In this document: in pieces, positions 51,915 through 64,000 of the stretch
How the letters are laid out: the number at the start of each line of letters is the position of its first letter
How positions within the stretch are numbered: position 1 is the stretch's first letter
Assembly: GCA_951406725.2 (NCBI GenBank)
Contig: OX597829.1
Location: 32,860,001-32,924,000, forward strand
Length of the DNA: 64,000 nt
Reading direction: 5' to 3'
Origin: Octopus vulgaris
Taxonomy: Eukaryota
Made by a program: the position numbers and the translations under genes
The notes under the pieces: generated by a model
Told to the model about the DNA's origin: nothing
Databases searched by the model: none
Seen by the model: the letters and a program-made list of their open reading frames with translations, nothing else

Positions 51915-54900
51915 ATGGCAAATCTTAGAATCGGTTGCTTGAATGTGAGAGGCCTCGGGTCACCTTGGAAACAGGGTCACCTGTTAAATGACCTGAGGTT
52001 TCATGATGTGGATGTAGCAGCCATCAGTGAAACCAGGCTCTCCGACCCGCAGGAACTCGCAGCCCTTTTCGGCGGATACGAGATATTTCTATCTCCGTGT
52101 CGGCCGGGAGCGGGCGGTGGTGGTACTGCGGTGTTGTTTCGGAAGGGCCTGGACCTGAAAATAAGGACAGTCTTCTTGGATCCGGAAGGTAAGTTGGTGG
52201 TCCTCGACGTGGACGGTAGTGACGGCGGTGCTTTCAGACTGCTGGCTGCCTACGCTCCGACAGGAGCAGGGCAGTCGGATTATTTCAAACGTCTGGAAGT
52301 TTTCCTGGGAACGTCACGCACTCTAGTGCTAGTTGGGGATTGGAACGCTGTCTTAGACGAACGTTTCGATCGGGTGGGCAGGGGAGCGTCTGATAGGAGA
52401 GGGGGAGGGTGCAAGAGCCTCGCCAACCTACTCGGCCGCTTTCAGCTGTCCGACAGGTTTCGACTAGACAACCCGAATGTGCCAATGTGGACTTCGACAA
52501 ACCGCATCGGGTCGTCTAGATCGTACTTAGATAGAGTGTTTTGTAGGCCAGCGGATAAGGACAGCGTAGGGTGTCCACAATTCCACCTAGTCGAATATAC
52601 GGACCACAAATTAGTGATCTGTACGGTCGACTTAGATAGGCTACATAGACAGGGACCCGGCTACTGGAAGCTGAACGCGTCATTAACGGCGTGCAAAGCT
52701 TACAGAGACCGGATTAGTTTACTAGTTAAGCGGGCGCTCACGGGGGCAATCATCAACAACAACTGGTGGTTTGCCCTCAAGAGAGCAATTAGAGTAGAGT
52801 CGATTAGGTATAGTAAGACTCTAGCTATTGAATGTAGGAAGAGAGAGCGGGATTTAGTTAAGAAACTAGACGAGGCTCTTGACACTGGCATCGCGACCGA
52901 CGTGTTGGCGGCAAGGTTGGCCCTCGACCAACACTTCGACGCCAAACACGAAGGCTGCGTTGTCAGAGCTAAGGCACGTTCGCTAAGCGGGGAGGGGACT
53001 AGAGCCGCTCGATGGGCCCGCGTGGCGGAGGCGAAGCGAGGCAACAGAGCAACCATTCGGTCTTTGGTGGACCAGACGGGCGCGAGGTTACCGAACCGAA
53101 GCAGATGTCTACGGTGCTTCAGCGGCACTTTGCTCAACTGTTTGGGACGAGCGGTGGAACGGACACCAACGGTACAGACTTCGGTGTGTACCTGGACGGC
53201 CTGCCGCAACTCTCGGACAGTGAGGCAGAGTGCTGCGAAGGACCGATATCTGTCTGGGAAGTACAGGAAGCGATGAAGAGTTGCACGAGAGGTAGATCGC
53301 CGGGTTTGGATGGTCTGCCCTACGAGCTTTACTTTTCAATGCCAGACTTGTTTGCGGACCAGTTGGCAAACGTCTACTGCAACTGGCAGCAAAACGGGAG
53401 AATTCCTGCTTTTGTCTGTCGAGGGGTGGTGGCTTTGCTGAAGAAGGACCCAAACAAGGGGGACGTTATAGGGAATTTCCGGCCCATCACTCTGCTCAAT
53501 GCAGAGTTGAAGATTTTGGCCAAGGTGCTAGCCAAGAGATTGGCGCTTGTCGTGGACAAGCTGGTCGGCAAGATGCAGACATGCGCCGTGCCGACCAGGT
53601 CGATACACGACAACCTCCATCTCATGCGCTACATCATAGAGAGGGTGGGTAACGACGCTGGCGCGGGTGGGGCTTTGATCAACTTGGATCAGAGTAAAGC
53701 CTTCGATAGGGTCGACCATCGGTACCTGGCAGCTGTCCTCAAGGCAGCCGGCTTCGGTCCAGTCTTCCGCGGGTGGATCGCTGCTTTATACAGCAACATC
53801 TGCTCGGTGATACGGGTGAACGGTCACCTTTCGGAACCGTTCGACATCTCGCGTTCGGTCCGCCAAGGATGCCTTCTCTCCTCCCTCTTGTACATTTTGA
53901 CTCTCGAGCCATTATTGCGCAAGTTGGAGGCTTTGAGGGGTATCCCGCGCGATCTAGGAGGCGGAAACAGCGTGTCTGCTTATGCCGACGACATCACCGT
54001 GGTGGTGTCGAGCCACAGGCACATTGGCCTGATTGGCGAGACGCTAAACCAGTACGAAGCGGTGACAGGGGCAAAGATTAACGCGGAAAAGTCTGTGGGC
54101 TTGCAACTGGGCACCTGGAGAGGCAAGCCCATGCCGTCCAACAGCGTCGTAGGGCGCTGGACAGACGGACCCGTTAAACTGCTCGGGGTCTGGTTCGGTC
54201 CGGACCTCCAGGTGGATAAGAACTGGGAAGAGGTGACGAGCAGGGTGGCACGTCTCACCCAGAAATGGGCCGAGAGGAAGCTGTCCCTGAAAGGTCGAGC
54301 GGAGGTGGTGAATGCGTACATCGCATCCGTCATCTATTACCGCTTGACCGTCGTCCCTTGTCCCGACCGCTGGTTGGCCAAGCTGGTACGTCTGCTCTTC
54401 GACTTTTTGTGGAAGGGTCAGGTGCCACTGGTCAGGCGATCCATCTGCTGTCAACGACCGCTGAACGGAGGCCTTGGAATGCCGTGGTTGCTGTTGCGCA
54501 GACATGCGCTCAGGCTGCGGCATCTCAAGCGCTTCCTAGACGGTGAACAGGTGTGGTCGTCTTTTGTCAGACGCGATTTTCCGCAGCTCGTCTCTTTGAC
54601 GGAGCTGCAGACCTGGATCAAACGTAGACCGAGAAAGGGCGCTTGGCACCTCGAGTGCCGTCAAGCCCTCTCCGCCCTCCGCCAGGCGGGCAATGCGGTC
54701 GGTTACAGCTCCACTCTAGCGTTCTATAGAGGGTTAGTGGAGGAAAAATGCGACGACATTCTCGGGGAAACTCTAGGCGTTGAAGATGACGAACTGTGCG
54801 GTCTGTTCGGGAGGACTTTCGGGCCGGGGCCGATGGATAATTTCCAGAGGTCTCTCGCCTGGCAGTGCTACCGAGGGGCTCTGCCTGTTCGAGATAAACT

Positions 54901-55348
54901 CTACCGGCACGGAAGTGCCGTCAGCTGGGCCTGCCCGAGGTGTTGCCAGGACGACGAAACCGTTCTGCACGCACTCATTCAGTGCCCGAGTATTGCTGAA
55001 ATATGGGTTTATGTCGAACAGCTACTGTCATGTGTAGGACGGATCCGACTATCGGCCGAATCCATAGTGAAGATTGCCCCGCCGACCTCCTTTAACAAGG
55101 AGGGCGAGGCCGTTTTCTTGTGCCTAGTGGCTGTGGCGAAAGAGGTCGTGTGGTGGACTCGTTTGAAAGGGCTAAAGACAGACACTTTCCTCTTTGGTCA
55201 AGGCCTCATCAACTTTTTCAAGTTTCACTTGAAAAGGAAGATGAGGTTAGAGAGGAAGGTGCTGTCCGATAGCAAGTTTTATGAAAGGTGGGTGAATTGT
55301 GCGAGACTGGCCTGTATAAATGGACCAGTTCTCAGGTTTCGCCTGTGA
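51915..55348 (+). CDS. ORF2 polyprotein: AP endonuclease, reverse transcriptase, C-terminal zinc finger; single 1-nt frameshift near 53077
   Basis: LNVRGL, SETR, YAP, GDWN, LDR, TDH, YWKLN; SPGLDGLPYE, FRPITLLN, DQSKAFDRVDH, VRQG, YADD, INAEKS, GGLG, CPRC..ETVLHALIQC. Unit 4 reads CCAGAACGGG where unit 3 reads CCAGACGGG. Confidence 0.92.
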
Positions 55349-55859
55349 TTTCAAAAAGGTAATGTAAAAGGAGAAGAAAGGGGACTCTCTACACCCCCTT
55401 TTTTTTGACCAGGCTCCCGTTGGCTTTTGTAGGGTTTTTTCCACCAGGAACCTTTCGAAACGTCTCCCTCTTTTGGGAGTTTTTCATTGTTTTAATAATC
55501 ATTGTTATAAAGTTTTTTACACGGATTTTTTAACAAACGGACAAAACCCTTTGTAACCTTTCGTCCTGTCTTGTCCCTTTATGTAATCATGCGTGTTAGC
55601 CCTTGTGGCCAATAAAAAAGAATTGATTATTATTATTATTCCTTCCGACGCCGATGGACGTGTCTGAAAAGGCTCCGTGAATTTGACACCAATTTCATTG
55701 GAAATTTGTCGATAAGTTTGAATATTTTAAAATATTTTTGTAGCCAAGCCGACCGGCTTCTTGCGGAGCTCGTCGGTTGGGCGAAATTTTGCCCCATTCG
55801 GGGTGAAATTACTGTTTATTACTGAAAATTTGACATTTTTGCACTCACACATTTACAAA

Positions 55860-57713
55860 ATGGCGTTGAAACGAGCTGCTGGCTCTTCCCTCCTTCTTAC
55901 AACACCCCCTCCACAAGAACAAAAAACTACGTCACGGGTTACGAACAACCCATTGCAGGCCGTAAAAGGCAACAGAGCTCCTCTTTCCGAAACGGAATGC
56001 ACGCGCGCCGTTCCAAAAGAGAATGCTAGCCAGGACGTCGCGTTCAACGTCACTCCCGATTTTCCCCCTCTGCCTTCAACTAATGTTATAGTACCGAAGG
56101 GGGAGGAAGGGAATAGGAACAAGAAAGAAATAAACAAAGAATCAAAAATTGAAGAAAATTGAAAAGGCTTTGCTTCAGCTGCAAAGCAGATTTCGGAAGA
56201 GATTGAAATTACAATGGAAGACATTAAAATGGCAAAAGATTTGTTGAGAAAGAAGGAAATAGTGTTTTCCTTAACACACCTCAACAACTCATACACGAGA
56301 CAAATAAAAAAACAATATTCTATAAAGTTTTCGAAAAGAAAACCAAAAGATTGGTTAACGCCACACCACAACAATTAGAAATAGCTCTGAAGCCCATTTG
56401 GGGCCAAAAGAGCTATGTGACAAGAGGGAAGCGATTTGGAACCGTGGAGGTTCGCTTCCCAACAGAGGAGCAAGCAAGGGCACATGCCATTTCGCCCTTG
56501 CAAAATGAACATTTGTTCCTCGTCCCGACGTACCTCGGGCGTAAGGTACAAAAAATAACTATCAACACAATACCCCCCGAACAGAAAATCTCATGGCTAG
56601 TGGTGGCTATCCTCTATGGCATAGAGGACACTGCCACTATTCTAAATGTTCGGAGGGTACGAGAAAAGAACTGGTCAGGTATGGGTATTGAACTGCTGGT
56701 ACAGATCCAGCAGGAAAACATCAATGCCATACCTGACTTTGTCATCTTGCTAGATGGGACCAGGCTAAATGTTACTGTAGAGGGGCGAAAGCCTAAATGT
56801 TTCCTCTGCAGTAGCGAAAGCCACCTGAAAAGGGACTGCCCCATTCAAAAAAAGAGAATGGAGGAGTACAGCAAGAGGCAGCAACAACAACAACAACAAC
56901 AGAAACAACAACAACAGAAACAACAACAACAGAAACAACAACAACAGAAACAACAACAGAAACAGCATGAAACACCAAAAGCTGCCACACCACCATCACC
57001 AACACCAGCACCAAGATGAACAACACCACCTCCAACAACAACAACAACCACCAAACCAACACCGACACCAGTACCTCGAAGATCAACTGCAGCAACATCA
57101 ACAGCAACAGGAGCAGCGGCACCACCGATACCGGCGGAACCAAAAACCTTTCGTCCTGCTGCTGAAGCAGACCCCTCAACCATTCCTTTGCCGGATGAAG
57201 AGATCTCGGATTGTGCGAGCTCTGATTCCAACAAAGGAGAATGGAGCACAGTGCCTCCAAAGAAGAAAAGGAGGAAAAAACAAAAAGGTTTACAGGGGAA
57301 GCACGAACAAATAGTACTTCCCAACATCAACAACAACAACAACAACAACACACACTCACAACAACAAACAACAACAACAACACTTTCGACACCACTACTG
57401 CCACTGCCACACACACAAACACACACAGACACAATTACATCAATAAACACAAAGAACCAAAAACTAGTGGAGTACTTAAAAGACAAAACTAGTACAAATA
57501 TAACCGATTTCATCATACCAACACAAAACACACCACCAGCACACATTCTCACAATAAAAATAAATGCAAAAACATATGATGAAATCAAACAAATATTCCC
57601 TAACGATGTGGGATCGCTAGGGAAAAGTTTCTCGGAAACTTTATAAAAATATTGTTGAAGAACCCGTGCAAAAGCACAAGGGAGCCACCCCCACCACCAA
57701 CAACAGTAAGTAG
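55860..57713 (+). pseudogene. ORF1 of unit 4 (divergent N-terminal half)
   Basis: MALKRAAG start; same knuckle CFLCSSESHLKRDC; in-frame stops at ~56160 and ~57017. Confidence 0.85.
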
Positions 57714-57751
57714 AGCCTTTTTTCTCCTTTTTTTTCCCTAACTTTTGAAAC

Positions 57752-60700
57752 ATGGCAAATCTTAGAATCGGTTGCTTGAATGTGAGAGGCCTCGGGTCAC
57801 CTTGGAAACAGGGTCACCTGTTAAACGACCTGAGGTTTCATGATGTGGATGTGGCAGCCATCAGTGAAACCAGGCTCTCCGACCCGCAGGAACTCGCAGC
57901 CCTTTTCGGCGGATACGAGATATTTCTATCTCCGTGTCGGCCGGGAGCGGGCGGTGGTGGTACTGCGGTGTTGTTTCAGAAGGGCCTGGACCTGAAAATA
58001 AGGACAGTCTTCTTGGATCCGGAAGGTAAGTTGGTGGTCCTCGACGTGGACGGTAGTGACGGCGGTGCTTTCAGACTGCTGGCTGCCTACGCTCCGACAG
58101 GAGCAGGGCAGTGGATTATTTCAAACGTCTGGAAGTTTTCCTGGGAACGTCACGCACTCTAGTGCTAGTTGGGGATTGGAACGCTGTCTTAGATGAACGT
58201 TTCGATCGGGTGGGCAGGGGAGCGTCTGATAGGAGAGGGGGAGGGTGCAAGAGCCTCGCCAACCTACTCGACCGCTTTCAGCTGTCCGACAGGTTTCGAC
58301 TAGACAACCCGAATGTGCCAATGTGGACTTGGACCAACCGCATCGGGTCGTCTAGATCGTACTTACATAGAGTGTTTTGTAGGCCAGCGGATAAGGACAG
58401 CATAGGGTGTCCACAATTCCACCTAGTCGAATATACGGACCACAAATTAGTGATCTGTACGGTCGACTTAGATAGGCTACATAGAGAGGGACCCGGCTAC
58501 TGGAAGCTGAACGCGTCGTTAACGGCGTGCAAAGCTTACAGAGACCGGATTAGTTTACTTGTTAAGCGGGCGCTCACGGGGGCAATCATCAACAACAATT
58601 GGTGGTTTGCCCTCAAGAGAGCAATTAGAGTAGAGTCGATTAGGTATAGTAAGACTCTAGCTATTGAATGTAGGAAGAGAGAGCGGGATTTAGTGAAGAA
58701 ACTAGACGAAGCTCTTGACACTGGCATCGCGACCGACGTGTTGGCGGCAAGGTTGGCCCTCGACCAACACTTCGGCGCCAAACACGAAGGTTGCGTTGTC
58801 AGAGCTAAGGCACGTTCGCTAAGCGGGGAGGGGACTAGAGCCGCTCGATGGGCCCGCGTGGCAGAGGCGAAGCGAGGCAACAGAGCAACCATTCGGTCTT
58901 TGGTGGACCAGAACGGGCGCGAGGTTACCGAACCGAAGCAGATGTGTACGGTGCTTCAGCGGCACTTTGCTCAACTGTTTGGGACGAGCGGTGGAACGGA
59001 CAATGGTGCAGGTTTCGGTGTGTACCTGGACGGCCTACCGCAACTCTCGGACAGCGAGGCAGAGTGCTGCGAAGGACCGATATCTGCCTGGGAAGTACAG
59101 GAAGCGATGAAGAGTTGCACGAGAGGTAGATCGCCGGGTTTGGATGGTCTGCCCTACGAGCTTTACTTTTCAATGCCAGACTTGTTTGCGGACCTGTTGG
59201 CAAACGTCTACTGCAACTGGCAGCAAAACGGGAGAATTCCTGCTTTTGCTGAAGAAGGACCCAAACAAGGGGGACGTTATAGGGAATTTCCGGCCCATCA
59301 CTCTGCTCAATGCAGAGTTGAAGATTTTGGCCAAGGTGCTAGCCAAGAGATTGGCGCTTGTCGTGGACAAGCTGGTCGGCAAGATGCAGACATGCGCCGT
59401 GCCGACCAGGTCGATACACGACAACCTCCATCTCATGCGCTACATCATAGAGAGGGTGGGTAACGACGCTGGCGCGGGTGGGGCTTTGATCAACTTGGAT
59501 CAGAGTAAAGCCTTCGATAGGGTCGACCATCGGTACCTGGCAGCTGTCCTCAAGGCAGCCGGCTTCGGTCCAGTCTTCTGCGGGTGGATCGCTGCTTTAT
59601 ACAGCAACATCTGCTCGGTGATACAGGTGAATGGTCACCTTTCGGAACCGTTCGACATCTCGCGTTCGGTCCGCTAAGGATGCCCTCTCTCCTCCCTCTT
59701 GTACATTTTGACTCTCGAGCCATTACTGCGCAAGTTGGAGGTTTTGAGGGGTATCCCGCGCGATCTAGGAGGCGGAAACAGCGTGTCTGCTTATGCCGAC
59801 GACGTCACATTGGCCTGATTGGCGAGACGCTAAACCAGTACGAAGCGGTGACAGGGGCAAAGATTAACGCGGAAAAGTCTGTGGGCTTGCAACTGGGCAC
59901 CTGGAGAGGCAAGCCCATGCCGTCCAACAGCGTCGTAGGGCGCTGGACAGACGGACCCGTTAAACTGCTCGGGGTCTGGTTTGGTCCGGACCTCCAGGTG
60001 GATAAGAACTGGGAAGAGGTGACGAGCAGGGTGGCACGTCTCACCCAGAAATGGGCCGAGAGGAAGCTGTCCCTGAAAGGTCGAGCGGAGGTGGCGAATG
60101 CGTACATCGCATCCGTCATCTATTACCGCTTGACTGTCGTCCCTTGTCCCGACCGCTGGTTGGCCAAGCTGGTACGCCTGCTCTTCGACTTTTTGTGGAA
60201 GGGTCAGGTGCCACTGGTCAGGCGATCCATCTGTGTCAACGACCGCTGAACGGAGGCCTTGGAATGCCGTGGTTGCTGTTGCACAGACATGCGCTCAGGC
60301 TGCGGCATCTCAAGCGCTTCCTAGACGGTGAACGGGTGTGGTCGTCTTTTGTCAGACGCGATTTTCCGCAGCTCGTCTCTTTGACGGAGCTGCAGACCTG
60401 GATCAAACGTAGACCGAGAAAGGGCGCTTGGCACCTCGAGTGCCGTCAAGCCCTCTCCGCCCTCCATCAGGCAGGCAATGCGATCGGTTACAGCTCCACT
60501 CTAGCATTCTATAGAGGGTTAGTGGAGGAAAAATGCGACGACGTTCTCGGGGAAACTCTAGGCGTTGAAGATGACGAACTGAGCGGTCTGTTCGGGAGGA
60601 CTTTCGGGCCGGGGCCGATGGATAATTTCCAGAGGTCTCTCGCCTGGCAGTGCTACCGAGGGGCTCTGCCTGTTCGAGATAAACTCTACCGGCACGGAAG

Positions 60701-61133
60701 TGCCGTCAGCCGGGCCTGCCCGAGGTGCTGCCAGGACGACGAAACCGTTCTGCACGCACTCGTCCAGTGCCCGAGTATTGCTGAAATATGGGTTTATGTC
60801 GAACAGCTACTGTCACGTGTAGGACGGATCTGACTATCGGCTGAATCCATAGTGAAGATTGCCCCGCCGACCTCCTTTAACAAGGAGGGCAAGGCCGTTT
60901 TCTTGTGCCTAGTGGCTGTGGCAAAAGAAGTTGTATGGTGGACTCGTTTGAAAGGGCTAAAGTCAGACACTTTCCTCTTTGGTCAAGGCCTCATCAACTT
61001 TTTCAAGTTTCACTTGAAAAGGAAGATGAGGTTAGAGAGGAGAGTGCTGTCTGATAGCAAGTTTTATGAAAGGTGGGTGAATTGTGCGAGAATGGCCAGT
61101 ATAAATGGACCAGTTCTCAGGTTTCGCCTGTGA
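57752..61133 (+). pseudogene. ORF2 of unit 4 (APE-RT), disrupted
   Basis: Near-identical to unit 3 ORF2 but with frameshifts (~58110, ~60232), short deletions (~59248, ~59805) and stops (59675, 60831). Confidence 0.92.
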
Positions 61134-61412
61134 TTCAATAAGGTAATATAAAAGGAGAAAAAAGGGGCTCTCTACCCCCCCTTTTTTTGACCAGGCTCCC
61201 ATTGGCTTTTGTGGGTTTTTTTCCACCAGGAACCTTTCGTAACGCCTCCCCCTTTTGGGAGTTTTATGTTGTTATATTATAATTGTTATACAGTTGTTTA
61301 CACGGATTTTTTTCAAAAACGGACAAAACCCTTTGTAACATTTCATCCTGTTTTGTCCCTTTATGTTCCTAATCATTGTGGCCAATAAAAAGAATTAATT
61401 ATTATTATTATT

Positions 61413-62003
61413 TCTTTCAAAGCGGATGGACGTGTCTCCAAAAGCTGCGTAAGTTTTGTGCCAATTTGATTGGTAATTTCTTTAAAAGTGTTAATATTTT
61501 TGGATATTTTTGTGGCCAAGCCGACTAACTTCGTACGAAGCTAGTTGGCTAGGCAAAATTTTAAACTTTTGAACATTGTGAAAATAACAAACACATTTAA
61601 ACAAAAATGGCTATGAAGCGAACAGTCGGCTGTTCCTTCCTTCCAACAACATACCCTCCGCAAACACACACATTGTCACAAACTCTTCCAAGAAAACACC
61701 CACTTCGCGCCATAAAAGGCAACAGAGATCCTCCTTCCGAACCGGAAAGCACGCGCGCCTTTTTTTGACCAGACTCCGTTGGCTTTAATGGGTTTTTTCC
61801 ACCAGGAACTTTTCGTAACACCTCCCCCTTTTGGGAGTTTTTCGTTGTTAAATATTTTCATTGTTACACTGTTGTTTACACGGATTTTTTTTCAAAAACG
61901 GACAAAACCCTTTGTAACCTTTCGTCCTGTTCTGTCCCTTTATGTTTCTAATCATGTGTGTCAGCCCTTGTGGCCAATAAAAAGAATAAATTATTATTAT
62001 TAT
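61413..62003 (+). mobile_element. Tx1-like array unit 5: ~590-bp internally deleted derivative (5' UTR, ORF1 start, complete 3' end)
   Basis: MAMKRTVG start at ~61607; junction GCACGCGCGCC|TTTTTTGACCAG near 61758; AATAAA and TTA tail. Confidence 0.9.
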
Positions 62004-62029
62004 TATCATCATTATCAATGTAAACATAA

Positions 62030-63740
62030 ACAGAGGTAGTGATGATTGATTACATCAATATAAAAGAAGACGATGTAATAAGGGCTATAGATGAGATGAA
62101 CCCAAACTCATCTACTAGCCCTGATGGATTCCCAGCAATCCTTCAAAGATCATGTAAGGGAGTTCTAGCAAGACCACTGCAGTTTCTCTTCTAGATATTC
62201 TTTGCAACTTCCAAGCAAGCTGTGGGAAGGTAAAATATGCCTCAATTGTAAAGGAAGTAGCAGAGCAGCAGCCAAAAACTACAGACCTGTCTCTCTGACC
62301 TCGCACATCAGCAAAATCGTGTAATGAATAGTCAGAAGAAAACTAACCACGCTCCTTGAGGAAAATGACTTGCTGACTGACACCCAACATGGTTTCCAAC
62401 CACAAAGAAGCAGCCTGACTCAGCTCTTACAAAACTATGATTGGGTGTTGAAACAGCTGCTCAACCACTCAAATGTGGATTTGATATATCTAGACTTTGC
62501 AAAGACTTTTGATAAAGTTGATCATGGAATGATATGTCACAAACTGCGTGATCTCAGCATATTTAAGAAATTTGGAGAATGACTGCATGACTTTCTGCAA
62601 GATAGACGTCAAGCAGGAGTAGCCAATGGAGCCACCTCTAATGACATGTAAATAGTGTGCGGTATTCCGCAAGGTACTGATCTGGGATCACTACTGTTCA
62701 TAATGGCCCTCTCGGATATGCCCTTAGCCACACAGAGAGCCACAATCACAAGTTATGCAGGTGATACAGAAGTCTCGCAGGTGATACAGAACTGAAGATG
62801 CTATGCAGCTGCAATGTGAATTAGATGAAATATACAAGTGGGCTAAGAATAGCATGCTGTTTAATGTTGAAAAGTTTTGCATTCTGATAACAAGCCCTAT
62901 GTTATCAGAATGCAAAACTAAATGCAATACCAATTAAATATAAGGTTGTCCCAAAAGTTCGTAGAAAGTCTTGGAAAATAATGGTCTTTATTTTGAGGAA
63001 TAATTTTTGTTGTTTTTGGTAGTACTTGGCGAGTAAAAATTCAATTTTCGCAAGTGTTTACGAACTTTTGGGACAACCTAATACTTTGAACCTGGAGGGA
63101 TTGCGATGCCAGAGACACAGTAAGTGCGAAACCTGGGCATTTACATGAGTAATGATGCATCCTTCCATGTGCATGTTGCTAAGTTGACAATGAAATGCAG
63201 ACCAGATGGATACTTAGATCTTTTAAAATGAAAGATCAGGAAGCCATGATGGTCGCCTGGAGGACATTTGTCCTAAGCCACTTCAACTATTGCTTCCAGC
63301 TATGGTCACCAACCAGTGTGAAATTAATTGCAGAACTTGAGTCAATTCAACAAAGCTACAGAAAGACAACTTCTATATAGCATATAAGTTACAGGTTGAG
63401 ATTCTATTCCCTAGAATATGCCGTAATATACATTTGGAAGATCATGGAGAGACTTGTCCCAAACAATGGCATTGAGAATTATACTAATGCTAAAACAGTG
63501 TTCCACTGCATAATGCCAAAGACTCCAACTTTGACATCAAAATATAGGACAAGATATTGCAACAGCTCTTCAATATCCTCCCAAAGGATCTGAGAGACCT
63601 GCACAGGCTGGATGTGTTTTAAAAATGAAACTAGATCTCTTACTGTCAAGTGTCCCAGATGAACCAACTTCACAACAGGAAGTGCAAATGAGAGCAGCGG
63701 CATCAAACTCCCTCATGCACCAAATGTCAGGTTCTAAAAA
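62030..63740 (+). mobile_element. Decayed CR1-clade LINE (RT region to C-terminus)
   Basis: NYRPVSLTSHISK, DTQHGF..RSSLTQLL, YLDFAKTFDKVDH, GIPQGTDLGSLLF, WILRSFK..WSP. Confidence 0.88.
62941..63081. mobile_element. Mariner-type MITE (141 bp) nested in the CR1
   Basis: TIR AGGTTGTCCCAAAAGTTCGTA / TACGAACTTTTGGGACAACCT; TA on both flanks. Confidence 0.88.
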
Positions 63741-63789
63741 GATTTAGTGAAGTAAAAATTATGTAGCAACACCAAATGGCGCTATAGGA

Positions 63790-64000
63790 AAGATATCCAG
63801 ATAATGCAGTCATTCAAGCCTAATATAATGACTGACACCAACTTAACAGCTGTTAATTTCCTTGGTGTAACCTTAAATCTACTGCAGAATACCTACGAGC
63901 CCTATAGAAAGCCCAATGACAGAATTAGTTATATCAATATATGTTCTTGATACCTACACATAGTTTTAAAGAATTTAGTTAAGAATATCAGTAGAAAAAT
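63790..64000 (+). mobile_element. Penelope-like RT fragment (runs off the window)
   Basis: VNFLGVTLNL..YEPYRKPNDRISYIN..VLKNLVKNISRK resembles the Penelope RT FLD/YRKP/SNHP region. Confidence 0.7.

Larger units (their letters stand above)
49813..55640 (+). mobile_element. Tx1-like array unit 3: full-length (~5.8 kb), young non-LTR retrotransposon
   Basis: 5' UTR, ORF1, 42-nt spacer, ORF2 (APE-RT-zinc finger), 3' UTR with AATAAA and a (TTA)n tail. Confidence 0.95.
55641..61412 (+). mobile_element. Tx1-like array unit 4: full length, several inactivating lesions
   Basis: Starts CCTTCCGACGCCGATGGACGT directly after the TTA tail of unit 3; ends AATAAA plus (TTA)n. Confidence 0.95.

Noticed and set aside
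53012-53276. Overlap of the 453-aa and 778-aa ORFs as a programmed frameshift
   Set aside because: Unit 4 has an extra A and reads through in frame, so this is a simple 1-nt deletion or sequencing error.
56845-57753. 302-aa antisense ORF and similar antisense ORFs over ORF1
   Set aside because: A by-product of CAA/ACA-rich low-complexity sense sequence lacking antisense stops; Cys/Val runs only.
45380-62003. Telomeric retrotransposon array or CRISPR-like array
   Set aside because: No TTAGGG/TTAGG repeats, ordinary TE debris on both sides, and no short repeat-spacer periodicity or cas genes.

Overview
This is an AT-rich, repeat-saturated animal genomic window. The SINE families and microsatellite content look like an octopus/cephalopod genome (inference). 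I found no intact host protein-coding gene. Bases 1-36,000 are a mosaic of decayed R4/Dong-like, RTE, CR1 and mariner elements, SINEs, MITEs, non-autonomous Helitrons, a solo LTR and long microsatellites. Bases 36,600-62,000 hold seven same-strand Tx1-like (L1-group) non-LTR retrotransposons; five form a head-to-tail array, mostly joined by short (TTA)n tracts, and one copy is nearly intact. Highlights: (1) a dispersed repeat (13.8 kb minus, 30.3 kb plus) carrying a complete hammerhead ribozyme core in a non-circularly permuted, pseudoknotted strand order, with compensatory changes in stems I and III; (2) the TTA-linked Tx1 array, where a DPE-like GGACGT sits exactly +28 from an A in the upstream TTA tract, suggesting the tail/target supplies the initiator; (3) covarying 5'-UTR hairpins; (4) a SINE whose 3' tail matches this Tx1 3' end; (5) minimal Penelope-type hammerheads; (6) a diverged 0.9-kb tandem duplicate with a conserved 33-nt micro-exon candidate. 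All calls are by eye; no database search or folding computation was run.
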